Part shown: positions 18,133-27,145 of the stretch, piece by piece
Numbering within the stretch: the first letter of the stretch is position 1
Layout: every line of letters starts with the position of its first letter
Source: Candidatus Omnitrophota bacterium
GTDB taxonomy: Bacteria; Omnitrophota; Gorgyraeia; Gygaellales; Profunditerraquicolaceae
NCBI GenBank assembly: GCA_041661605.1
Contig: JBAZUE010000001.1
Span: forward strand, 798,928 to 862,927
Direction: 5' to 3'
Length of the DNA stretch: 64,000 nucleotides
Translations under genes and position numbers: made by a program
Notes under the pieces: model-generated
What the model saw: only the letters and a program-made list of their open reading frames with translations
Told to the model about the DNA's origin: nothing
Database searches by the model: none

Positions 18133-19578
18133 TTATATAACCGGCAGGTTACTTTGCCCCATCAAATACTTATCCATAAAATAGGCGCATCTCCTGCCTT
18201 CTGCGATAGCCCAAACTACCAGCGATTGCCCGCGCCTCATATCCCCGGCGGAGAATACCTTATTAACAGAAGTCATGTAATTATCACCAGCCATGACATT
18301 CCCCCGTGCGTCAAACTTAACATTAAGTTCACTGAGCAGGCCGCTTTGTTCGGGATGCAGGAAACCCACGGCGAGGATGACCATATCCGCCTTGATATCA
18401 AATTCGCTTTGCGGGATCTCCCGCATGACGGGGCATGTCTTAGCTTCTGCCGGCAGGAATTCAACTTTTACACAAGAGAGCTTCTTAACCTGGTTATTTT
18501 GCCCTATGAAACGCTTGGTTAATACCTGCCAATGCCGTTCTCCGCCCTCTTCATGGCTTGATGACACCTTTAAAATCAGGGGATAGCTTGGCCAGGGTTG
18601 CTGTGCAGGCCTGCATTCAGCCGGCCGCGGCATAACTTCAATCTGGACTATACAGGAAGCCCCCTGGCGATGGGCTGTGCCTACGCAATCAGCTCCGCTG
18701 TCTCCTCCGCCGATAACTACCACATTTTTGCCCCTGGCGTCAATTAAATCATTTTCCGGAATTTTTTCTCCGGATACCCGCCTGTTAGACTGCATAAGAT
18801 AATCCATGGCAAAATATATGCCGCTTAATTCCCTTCCTTCAATTTTAAGGTCCCTTGGAACGCGGCTGCCGCCTGCAAGGCAGACTGCGTCAAAATCAGC
18901 CAGAAGCTTATCCGCAGGATAATCTATCCCCACATTCACGCCCGTATTAAGAACAACCCCTTCTTTTCTCCATATATCAATACGCCTGTCCAGAATATGC
19001 TTTTCCAGTTTAAAATCAGGGATGCCGTAACGTAATATGCCGCCCGGTTTGCTGTCCCGTTCAAAAACAGTTACATTATGGCCTGCCCGGTTAAGCTGCG
19101 CGGCACAAGATAAGCCTGCTGGTCCGGAGCCGATAACTGCGACATTTTTATGCGTCCTGTTTTCTATACGATGCGGTTTGATTAAGCCGTTCTTAAAAGC
19201 TGTTTCTACGGCCGCAAGCTCATTCTCCCGTATAGTAACCGGTTCGTCGTTTAACCCAAGGACGCAGGAGTATTCACATAGCGCCGGACAGACCCTTCCT
19301 GTTATCTCAGGCAGATTATTGGTGGCATCCAATAACATAAACGCCTGCTTCCAGTTGCCGCGGAAAATATAATCATTCCATTCAGGTATATAGTTACCTA
19401 TCGGGCAGGCCCAGTGGCAAAACGGGGTTGAGCAATCCATGCAACGGGAGGCCTGCTCCTTTGATTGATTCTCCGGAGGCGCTTTATAGACATCCTTAAA
19501 ATCTTTAACCCGTTCGCAAACTTGCCTGTAAGGGCTTGATTGCCTGCCTAATTTAAGAAAACCTCTATCCTCACCCAT
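18133..19578 (-). CDS. gltD: glutamate synthase small subunit (NAD(P)H-dependent)
   Basis: 481 aa. N-terminal Cys clusters (C..C..C...C), the dinucleotide motif VAVIGSGPAGL, and a second motif VVVIGGGDSG. Confidence 0.92.
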   Translation of the reverse strand: MGEDRGFLKLGRQSSPYRQVCERVKDFKDVYKAPPENQSKEQASRCMDCSTPFCHWACPIGNYIPEWNDYIFRGNWKQAFMLLDATNNLPEITGRVCPALCEYSCVLGLNDEPVTIRENELAAVETAFKNGLIKPHRIENRTHKNVAVIGSGPAGLSCAAQLNRAGHNVTVFERDSKPGGILRYGIPDFKLEKHILDRRIDIWRKEGVVLNTGVNVGIDYPADKLLADFDAVCLAGGSRVPRDLKIEGRELSGIYFAMDYLMQSNRRVSGEKIPENDLIDARGKNVVVIGGGDSGADCVGTAHRQGASCIVQIEVMPRPAECRPAQQPWPSYPLILKVSSSHEEGGERHWQVLTKRFIGQNNQVKKLSCVKVEFLPAEAKTCPVMREIPQSEFDIKADMVILAVGFLHPEQSGLLSELNVKFDARGNVMAGDNYMTSVNKVFSAGDMRRGQSLVVWAIAEGRRCAYFMDKYLMGQSNLPVI

Positions 19579-22500
19579 CTAATTCCTCCGCAACATCAAG
19601 CTTCTTTTCAACCTTAGCCCCTTCTAAAATACGCTTATACTCTAACGGCATAACTTTAACAAATTTTTTAAGCTGATCTTGAATATTATCCAGGATTTTC
19701 CTGGCCTTGCCGCTTTTTGTGTATTTAAAATGGTTACTAAGTAAATTGCATATAGTATCTTTATCGGAATCCTTGACTTTTTCTAATTCGACCATATCCA
19801 GGTTGCATCTTTCTTTAAATGTAGCGTCTTCATCATATACATAGGCTATACCGCCTGACATGCCGGCGGCAAAATTATTCCCTGTCCTGCCCAGGACAAT
19901 TACCCTGCCGCCCGTCATATATTCACATCCATGATCGCCAACCCCCTCAACAACGGCATATAACCCGGAGCTTCTCACGCAGAACCTTTCTCCTGCCAGG
20001 CCGTTTATATATGCCTCTCCCGATATTGCCCCGTAAAAAGAAGTATTGCCTATAATTATATTCTCATCAGGCTTATAACTGGCGGAGCTGTCAGGATAGA
20101 CGATGAGCCTTCCTCCGGAAATACCTTTACCGACGTAATCATTAGCCATCCCCTCCAATTCAAAGGTAATCCCTTTTTCCAGAAAAGCGCCAAAGCTCTG
20201 CCCGGCAATACCCTTGAATTTACAAAGAATGGTATCTTCTAATAATGCTCCGTCACCGTATTTCTTGCAAACCTCACCGCTTAACATTGCCCCTGTCGCT
20301 CTATCGGTATTATTGATCCCGGTAGAAAATCTTACCGGCTCATTCTTCTTAATACAATTTTCCCACATCTTAATAAGTTTCCTATCGAGAACCGAATCCA
20401 GTCCGCTATCCCGTTTAACCTTACAGTAACGTTCAATATTCTCAGGAAGATCCGGCTTATAAAGAATCCTTGAATAATCTATCCCCTTTGCCTTAGCAGG
20501 GACAATCTCCTGATTTAGCTCCAAAAGATCAGTCCTGCCGATCATTTCATTTATCGTTCTTAAGCCTAAACTCGCCATAATTTCGCGCAGTTCATCAACT
20601 ATAAAATGAAAATAATTAACAATATGTTCCGCCTTGCCTTTAAACCTTTTTTGCAGGATATCATCCTGCGTAGCCACGCCGACTGAACAGTTGTTAAGAT
20701 TACAATGCCTTAGCATAACGCAGCCGATTACAATCAAAACAGCCGAACAAAAACCATATTCTTCCGCGCCCAATAAAGCCGCAATCGCCACGTCCCGGCC
20801 GGTGCGCATCTGGCCATCTGCCTGCAAACGCACCCTTGAACGTAAATTGTTCAGCAGGAGGGTCTGGTGCGTCTCGGAAATCCCCAACTCCCAGGGAAGC
20901 CCGGCATATCTTATCGAACTCCTTGGAGAAGCTCCTGTGCCGCCGTCGCCTCCCGAAATAAGGATCATATCCGCATGCCCCTTTGCCACGCCGGCTGCGA
21001 CAGTCCCCACCCCTGCTTCCGATACAAGCTTTACGCTTACGCGCGCGTTAGGATTTGTATTCTTTAAATCGAATATAAGCTGGGCAAGGTCTTCAATAGA
21101 ATATATATCGTGATGCGGAGGCGGGGATATCAAGGTAACCCCGGGAGTCGTATATCTGGTCTTAGCGATTATCGCGCTTACCTTATGTCCCGGCAGCTGC
21201 CCGCCTTCTCCGGGCTTGGCGCCCTGGGCAATCTTTATTTGTATCTCATCGGCATTAACAAGATAGTTTATAGTTACTCCAAACCTGCCGGAAGCAACCT
21301 GTTTTATGGCGCTCCTCTTTGAATCTCCGTTAGGCAGAGGTATAAATCTACTGGGATCTTCTCCGCCCTCTCCGGTATTTGATTTACCGCCGATCCTGTT
21401 CATGGCTATGGCGATTGTCTCATGCGCACCAGCGCTTATCGAACCAAAACTCATGGCTCCCGTAACAAAACGCTTTAAAATATTCTCCGCCGGCTCTACC
21501 TCGTCAATAGAGACCGGGCTTGCCTTTCTGAATTTAAGCAGGCTCCTCAAAGTCGTAGGATTGCCTGATTGATTATTAATCAGCTCTGCAAACTCCTTGT
21601 ATCTTTTATAATCAGCGTTGGTCGTAGCGTCCTGTAAAGCGGCTATACTTTCGGGATTCCAGAGATGGAACTCTCCGTCTTTTTTCCACTGATAAATCCC
21701 GCCGCTGGAAAGGTTTACTTCACCCGCTCTTCTTTCGGCATAAGCATCCCGGTGCCTTTCTATAGTTTCATCTATTATGCCTTCAAGGCCGACCCCGCCG
21801 ATTCGCGAGACAGTCCCGGTGAAATATTTTTTGACAAACTCGGCGCTTAAGCCCAAGGCTTCAAATATCTGCGCACCGCGGTAACTCCTAAGCGTAGATA
21901 TCCCCATCTTGGAAATAATTTTTAATATCCCGTCGCTCAAGGCCTTATTGTAATTCTTCAGCGCGGCCTTGCTCTCGGTATTTATCTCTTTTTCCCGGCT
22001 GAGATATTCCACTGCCTCATAAGCAAGATACGGATTTACGCAGTCAGCGCCATAACCGAAAAGTAAAGCGAAATGATGCACCTCTTTTGGCTCGGCGCTT
22101 TCCACAATTAAAGCTGTCTGCGAACGCATAGCCTTTATTAACAGGTGCTGATGCACCGCGCTTGTTGCCAGAAGTGCCGGCAGGCTTATATTATCCTTAT
22201 CCGCGCCCCGGTCACTTATTATGATGAAAGAATATCCCTGTTCAATTGCGCGCTCTGTCTCAAGACAAGTCCTCTCCAGTGAGCTGATAAAACCTTTCTT
22301 GCCTTCTGCCGCTTTAAAAAGGATAGAGACGGTTTTTGCCTTAAAATTATTTACGCTGATATTGCGTATCTTCTCGAATTCCGTATTTGCAAGAATAGGG
22401 TTTTTTACCATAAGTTTATGGCTATGGCCGGGAGTTTCTTCCAGGATATTGCGCTCCGGGCCGATAAAACTCTCTAAACTCATTACCAGTTTCTCTCTTA

Positions 22501-24088
22501 TGGAATCTATAGGAGGATTAGTTACCTGAGCGAAAAGTTGTTTAAAATAACTATAAAGCATCTGCGGCTTCTTAGACAAAAAAGGATGCGGTATATCACA
22601 GCCCATAGAGCCCACAGGCTCCTTGCCTTCTTCGGCCATGGGCTTTATAACCATTTTTAAATCTTCCCTTGAATAACCAAAACTCTTAAGCCGCGTTATT
22701 AAATCTTTAGACTGACTGCCGCCGGCGCCGCTTTCAGGCAGCTTATCCAAATCGAGCATATTTTCCGAGTTCCATTTTCCATACGCGGAGCGTCCGGATA
22801 CAGCTTCTTTAATCTCGGAATCCTTGATTATGCGGCCGGATTTAGTATCAATGAAAAACATCTTACCAGGCTCAAGCCTGCCGGAAACTTTGATATCCTC
22901 AGGGGCTATATCCAAAACCCCTACTTCCGATGCCATTACCACAAAATCTTTTTTTGTCACAATATAGCGGGCAGGACGTAAACCATTCCTGTCCAGGATC
23001 GCGCCGATGTTTTTGCCGTCTGTAAAAGCAACCGCCGCCGGGCCGTCCCAAGGCTCCATAAAACAGGCGTGATATTTATAAAAATCAGCCAGGTTACGGC
23101 TCATAAGCTTATCATGCTCCCAGGCAGCAGGAATCAGCATCATCATGGCGTGCTCAAGAGACCTGCCGGATAGAGCCAAAAGCTCAAACAAGTTATCCAG
23201 CGCTGCGGAGTCGCTCCCTCCTTCAACTATGATCGGCTTTAACTTTTCTATATCCTTGCCGAATAGCTCGCTTGCAAGCAAACGTTCCCTGGCCCTGACT
23301 CCATTGATGTTACCGCGCAAGGTATTAATTTCGCCGTTATGCGCCAGGAAACGGAAAGGCTGCGCCAGATTCCAGGTAGGAAAAGTATTGGTGGAATAAC
23401 GTGAATGCACCAGGCACAAAACGCTTTTTATATCTTCGTTTTTTAAATCAAGAAAGAAATTGTCAATCTGCCTGGGCATAAGCAAGCCCTTATAAGATAA
23501 AGTACGGCAGGAGATATTGGTTATATAAAATGAATTCTTCTGTTTTAAACCGGACTCAAGTATTATATTTTCAACCCGCCTCCTGATAACATAAAGCTTT
23601 CTTTCAAAGCTCATTTCATCATCAATATCTTTATTTCTCCCGATAAAAATATGTTCGAAAACAGGCTGGGTATTTTTAGCTCCTTCCCCGATATCTGAAT
23701 CATCTATCGGGACACTTCGCCAGCCTAAAAGTGCCTGGCCCTCCTCTTTGATTATCTTCTTAAATGCCTCCTTACAAAAACTACGCTCACCGGGATCCTG
23801 GGGTAAAAAGATTAACCCCACGCCATAAGCGCCCAAATCCGGTAAATTAATATTCATACCCTGGCCTGCCGCTTTTTTGAAGAAATCATGCGGGATCTGG
23901 ATCAATATCCCCGCCCCGTCTCCTGTCTTAGGGTCTGAGCCGACTGCCCCGCGGTGTGACAGGCGATGCAAAACCTCAATCCCCTGCTTTACTATAGCAT
24001 TTGATTTCTGGCCTTTTATGTTGCAGACAAATCCTACCCCGCAGGAATCGTGCTCAAATGCAGGCTCATATAAACCTTGGGCTTTCAT
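19571..24088 (-). CDS. gltB: glutamate synthase large subunit
   Basis: 1505 aa. Ntn amidotransferase start with CGVGF, an FMN/Fe-S domain (SNTGEGGEDP, ISPPPHHDIYSIEDL) and a C-terminal GXGXG beta-helix. Confidence 0.95.
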   Translation of the reverse strand: MKAQGLYEPAFEHDSCGVGFVCNIKGQKSNAIVKQGIEVLHRLSHRGAVGSDPKTGDGAGILIQIPHDFFKKAAGQGMNINLPDLGAYGVGLIFLPQDPGERSFCKEAFKKIIKEEGQALLGWRSVPIDDSDIGEGAKNTQPVFEHIFIGRNKDIDDEMSFERKLYVIRRRVENIILESGLKQKNSFYITNISCRTLSYKGLLMPRQIDNFFLDLKNEDIKSVLCLVHSRYSTNTFPTWNLAQPFRFLAHNGEINTLRGNINGVRARERLLASELFGKDIEKLKPIIVEGGSDSAALDNLFELLALSGRSLEHAMMMLIPAAWEHDKLMSRNLADFYKYHACFMEPWDGPAAVAFTDGKNIGAILDRNGLRPARYIVTKKDFVVMASEVGVLDIAPEDIKVSGRLEPGKMFFIDTKSGRIIKDSEIKEAVSGRSAYGKWNSENMLDLDKLPESGAGGSQSKDLITRLKSFGYSREDLKMVIKPMAEEGKEPVGSMGCDIPHPFLSKKPQMLYSYFKQLFAQVTNPPIDSIREKLVMSLESFIGPERNILEETPGHSHKLMVKNPILANTEFEKIRNISVNNFKAKTVSILFKAAEGKKGFISSLERTCLETERAIEQGYSFIIISDRGADKDNISLPALLATSAVHQHLLIKAMRSQTALIVESAEPKEVHHFALLFGYGADCVNPYLAYEAVEYLSREKEINTESKAALKNYNKALSDGILKIISKMGISTLRSYRGAQIFEALGLSAEFVKKYFTGTVSRIGGVGLEGIIDETIERHRDAYAERRAGEVNLSSGGIYQWKKDGEFHLWNPESIAALQDATTNADYKRYKEFAELINNQSGNPTTLRSLLKFRKASPVSIDEVEPAENILKRFVTGAMSFGSISAGAHETIAIAMNRIGGKSNTGEGGEDPSRFIPLPNGDSKRSAIKQVASGRFGVTINYLVNADEIQIKIAQGAKPGEGGQLPGHKVSAIIAKTRYTTPGVTLISPPPHHDIYSIEDLAQLIFDLKNTNPNARVSVKLVSEAGVGTVAAGVAKGHADMILISGGDGGTGASPRSSIRYAGLPWELGISETHQTLLLNNLRSRVRLQADGQMRTGRDVAIAALLGAEEYGFCSAVLIVIGCVMLRHCNLNNCSVGVATQDDILQKRFKGKAEHIVNYFHFIVDELREIMASLGLRTINEMIGRTDLLELNQEIVPAKAKGIDYSRILYKPDLPENIERYCKVKRDSGLDSVLDRKLIKMWENCIKKNEPVRFSTGINNTDRATGAMLSGEVCKKYGDGALLEDTILCKFKGIAGQSFGAFLEKGITFELEGMANDYVGKGISGGRLIVYPDSSASYKPDENIIIGNTSFYGAISGEAYINGLAGERFCVRSSGLYAVVEGVGDHGCEYMTGGRVIVLGRTGNNFAAGMSGGIAYVYDEDATFKERCNLDMVELEKVKDSDKDTICNLLSNHFKYTKSGKARKILDNIQDQLKKFVKVMPLEYKRILEGAKVEKKLDVAEELDG

Positions 24089-24333
24089 GTCTTAACCTCT
24101 CTTAAAGAAATCCCCAGCTTTTTGATTTTAGCGCGCAAGGTATTTCTGTTTATACCCAGCAACCTGGCAGCCTTTATCTGATTGCCAAAAGTTATAATTA
24201 AGGTATTCGTAATCAATGATTTATCCAATGCATCCAACATTATATGATAGATCTTTCCTTCTTTGCCCTTTAGAAAGATCCGGTCTAACTCCAAAAGCGC
24301 TTTTTCTATTTCTCTTGCCTCTTCATCCATCAT
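24085..24333 (-). CDS. Fis-family small DNA-binding protein
   Basis: 82 aa. IYHIMLDALDKSLITNTLIITFGNQIKAARLLGINRNTLRAKIKKLGI parallels the E. coli Fis C-terminal half (LYELVLAEVEQPLL...[25 protein letters not shown]). Its TGA overlaps the gltB ATG as ATGA. Confidence 0.75.
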   Translation of the reverse strand: MMDEEAREIEKALLELDRIFLKGKEGKIYHIMLDALDKSLITNTLIITFGNQIKAARLLGINRNTLRAKIKKLGISLREVKT

Positions 24334-24360
24334 CTTTTGTATAAATATTAAGCAGCTTTA

Positions 24361-24394
24361 TTTATAAAAGCGCGCCTCGACAAGAGGCGCGCTT
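24361..24394 (-). terminator. intrinsic terminator after glnN
   Basis: 11-bp GC-rich stem aagcgcgcctc / gaggcgcgctt with a 5-nt loop, followed on the minus strand by TTTTAT. Confidence 0.75.
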
Positions 24395-24402
24395 ATTCTT
24401 TA

Positions 24403-26598
24403 TTAACTTATAAACAACATCTCCCTGTACTTGGGCAGGTCCCAGGAGTCATCAGGGACTACACACTCAAGCTGGTCAACATGCCTGCGGATATGTTCCA
24501 TTAAGGGCTTAAGCTGGCTGAAGTAAAGCTTGGCTTTTTCTTCATTACCCAGATTGGCGGACTTATCAAGCAGCTTGACTAATTCAGCGGTATTCCTGCG
24601 CACATAGTAGATCTTAGCGACTATCTCGGCTAAATGCTCTTTCTTATCCTTTAGCGCGGCAAGGTCAACATGCAGGCCGGCATCCTTCTTAAGCTTCATC
24701 AATGAGCCGAGGTTAGATGCTAAGAGCTGCTCATATTTATAGCCTGCAGGGACTATTGAGGCATTCACCATTTCATTTAAGGTATTGGCCTCAATCTCTA
24801 AGGTCAGGTTATACATGTGTATCCAGATGTGGTGGCGGGCGATGAGCTCTTCTTTGGAGAAGACCTTGTATTTCTCAAAAAGGGCGATGTTCTCCTTCTT
24901 CTTTAAGGCATCTAAAGATTCATAGGTAGAGGCGACGTTAGGCAGAGAGCGCTTTTTGGCTTCTTTGATCCAGGCTTCTGAATAATTGTTGCCTTCAAAA
25001 CGGATATTTTTGGTTTCCTTGACGATCTTGGAGATCACCTGCAGAACGCTGGCGTTAAACTCCTTGCCGGTGGAGGAGACACGCTTAATTTCGGCCGCTA
25101 CATAGTCTAAGCTTTCGGCAATGATAGTGTTGACTACCGCAATCGGGGTTGAGATATTCTGTGAAGAGCCGACAGCGCGGAATTCGAACTTTTCTCCGGT
25201 AAAGGCAAAAGGCGAGGTGCGGTTACGGTCAGTTGAGTCTTTGTTGAATTTGGGCAGGCGGCCTATGCCTAAATCAATGATATCGCTTTTGGAGACCTTG
25301 GACTTTACCCCTTTTTCAATCATATCCAGGATATTGGTTAATTGCGCGCCTAAGAAGACGCTGATAATCGCAGGAGGAGCTTCATTGGCTCCCAGACGGT
25401 GCTCATTGCCGGCTAAAGCTACGGAGGCCCGCAGGAGATCAGCGTGCAGATAAACCGCGCGTAACACAGCAGCTAAGACTGCCAAAAACTGCAGGTTGTC
25501 TTCCGGGGTCTGGCCCGGATTAAGCAGGTTGTTGCCTTTGTTATCGGCTAATGACCAATTTAAGTGTTTGCCGCTTCCGTTAATGCCGGCAAAAGGTTTT
25601 TCATGCAGGAGACAGACCAGGTTATGACGCAAGGCTGTCTTCTTCATCAACTCCATGAGCAGCTGGTTGTGGTCTGCGGCGATATTTGATTCTTCAAAGA
25701 TCGGAGCGAATTCATACTGGTGGGGAGCGACCTCATTGTGGCGGGTCATTACCGGTATGCCCAGCTTATAGGCTTCCTGGGCCACTTCAAACATGAAGTT
25801 TACCACCCTCTCCTTGATCGTGCCGAAGTACTGGTCTTCCAGCTGCTGGCCCTTGGGGCTGGCTGCGCCTACCAGGGTGCGGCCGGTCATGATCAGATCT
25901 TGTCTTAGATTATAATAGTTCTTGTCGATTAAAAAATACTCCTGCTCCGGGCCGCAGGTTGAGAATACTTTTTTGACCTCTTTGTGGCCGAAGAGTTTAA
26001 GCAGGGCTACCGCGGAATTGTTTAAGGCTTCATCCGAACGCAGGAGCGGGAGTTTCTTGTCAAGGGCCTCTCCGTGGTAAGAGATAAATATCGTAGGGAT
26101 GCATAATGTCTTGCCGAGAGAACTTTCGATGATGAATGCCGGGCTGGAAGGGTCCCAGGCAGTATATCCCCTGGCTTCAAATGTGGCGCGTATTCCTCCC
26201 GAGGGGAAGCTTGAGGCATCAGGCTCACCCTGGATGAGTTTGTTGCCGGAGAACTTCTCGATTACCTTGCCGGGAGAGGTTATGGAGATGAAGCTATCGT
26301 GTTTTTCGGCGGTTAACCCGGTCATCGGCTGGAACCAGTGGGTGTAGTAGGTGGCACCCTTGGCGATAGCCCAGTCCTTCATTGCCCCGGCGATCTCATT
26401 TGCCTGGGTGAGGGTTATGGTCTTGCCTTCAGAGATCCAGGCCTTGAATGCCTCAAAGGTCTCCTGGGAGATATGCTTCTGCATGGCCTCCATGCTGAAG
26501 GTGTTCTCACCGAAATAGGTGGATACCTTCCTGGGAGAATCCAGCTTATCTAAATCTATGCTCTTGATCTTAAAGAGAACCTTCTGCCTGATGCTCAT
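24403..26598 (-). CDS. glnN: glutamine synthetase type III
   Basis: 731 aa, which is the GSIII length class. The N-terminal YFGENTFS region and central blocks HNEVAPHQYE and NGSGKHLNWS fit the GS catalytic core. Confidence 0.9.
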   Translation of the reverse strand: MSIRQKVLFKIKSIDLDKLDSPRKVSTYFGENTFSMEAMQKHISQETFEAFKAWISEGKTITLTQANEIAGAMKDWAIAKGATYYTHWFQPMTGLTAEKHDSFISITSPGKVIEKFSGNKLIQGEPDASSFPSGGIRATFEARGYTAWDPSSPAFIIESSLGKTLCIPTIFISYHGEALDKKLPLLRSDEALNNSAVALLKLFGHKEVKKVFSTCGPEQEYFLIDKNYYNLRQDLIMTGRTLVGAASPKGQQLEDQYFGTIKERVVNFMFEVAQEAYKLGIPVMTRHNEVAPHQYEFAPIFEESNIAADHNQLLMELMKKTALRHNLVCLLHEKPFAGINGSGKHLNWSLADNKGNNLLNPGQTPEDNLQFLAVLAAVLRAVYLHADLLRASVALAGNEHRLGANEAPPAIISVFLGAQLTNILDMIEKGVKSKVSKSDIIDLGIGRLPKFNKDSTDRNRTSPFAFTGEKFEFRAVGSSQNISTPIAVVNTIIAESLDYVAAEIKRVSSTGKEFNASVLQVISKIVKETKNIRFEGNNYSEAWIKEAKKRSLPNVASTYESLDALKKKENIALFEKYKVFSKEELIARHHIWIHMYNLTLEIEANTLNEMVNASIVPAGYKYEQLLASNLGSLMKLKKDAGLHVDLAALKDKKEHLAEIVAKIYYVRRNTAELVKLLDKSANLGNEEKAKLYFSQLKPLMEHIRRHVDQLECVVPDDSWDLPKYREMLFIS

Positions 26599-26641
26599 GT
26601 TATTCCTCCTGACATATTAAAAGTTAGATTATAACTCAATT

Positions 26642-26695
26642 ATTCAAAAACAAACAGAGGCATTCTCATTAGTTATCGAGGAGAACGCCTCTGTT
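26642..26695 (-). terminator. intrinsic-terminator hairpin in the glnK1-glnN intergenic leader
   Basis: 15-bp stem with one mismatch (26653-26667 / 26681-26695), followed on the minus strand by TTTGTTTTT. It is ~100 nt after the glnK1 stop and ~45 nt before the glnN ATG. Confidence 0.65.
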
Positions 26696-26752
26696 CTCTT
26701 ACTTACATTGCTTAAAATTAAGCCATAAGATGCCTATAAATTAACTCACTAA

Positions 26753-26786
26753 TAATACAAGTAAGAAATAACCGGGTTTGGTAACC
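26753..26786 (-). promoter_or_regulatory. conserved 34-nt bipartite box, copy 1 (upstream of glnN)
   Basis: Plus strand TAATACAAGTAAG-N13-TGGTAACC. Minus strand GGTTACCA-N13-CTTACTTGTATTA. It lies 155 nt from the glnN ATG. Confidence 0.6.
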
Positions 26787-26790
26787 AATT

Positions 26791-27132
26791 TTAACCGATA
26801 GCTACCGGGCCGCGCTCCTCTGTCCTGATACGCACGCATTCATTTAAATCTAATACGAAAATCTTTCCGTCACCTGCCTCGCCGGTTTTAGCGCCTTTTA
26901 CAATAGCCTTAATCGCAGGCTCAACAAAATTCTCATTTACTGCAATTTCAAGACGGATCTTCCGCAGTAAATTCCCTGTTTCTTTGTGCCCGCGGTAAAC
27001 TTCTGTAACTCCCATCTGGCGGCCGTGGCCGAGGACCTCGCTTACGGTAATCAGGTTGATTTCTGATTTATAGAGCTCTTCTTTTACCTCTTCCAATTTG
27101 TAAGGCTGAATTATCGCGATAATTAATTTCAT
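26791..27132 (-). CDS. glnK: P-II nitrogen regulatory protein
   Basis: 113 aa from MKLIIAIIQPYKLEEV. I rejected the track ORF's 28-aa N-terminal extension because it overlaps amt. T-loop is GRQMGVTEVYRGHKE and the C-terminal block is GDGKIFV. Confidence 0.9.
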   Translation of the reverse strand: MKLIIAIIQPYKLEEVKEELYKSEINLITVSEVLGHGRQMGVTEVYRGHKETGNLLRKIRLEIAVNENFVEPAIKAIVKGAKTGEAGDGKIFVLDLNECVRIRTEERGPVAIG

Positions 27133-27145
27133 TTTTCCCTCTCTT

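Noticed and set aside
20634-21113. Alternative-frame and antisense ORFs inside large genes, for example 20634-21113 in gltB, 51779-52342 in leuA/ilvC, 12237-12515 in purB and 10327-10659 in purL.
   Set aside because: They are fully embedded in genes with strong family signatures. Their composition is typical of off-frame translation.
26599-26790. Possible glutamine riboswitch (glnA RNA or Downstream-peptide motif) in the nitrogen leaders.
   Set aside because: I could not match the leaders to the consensus as I remember it. Fragments such as GCGTTC and GGCAC are too short to count. I leave this as an explicit Rfam check rather than a claim.
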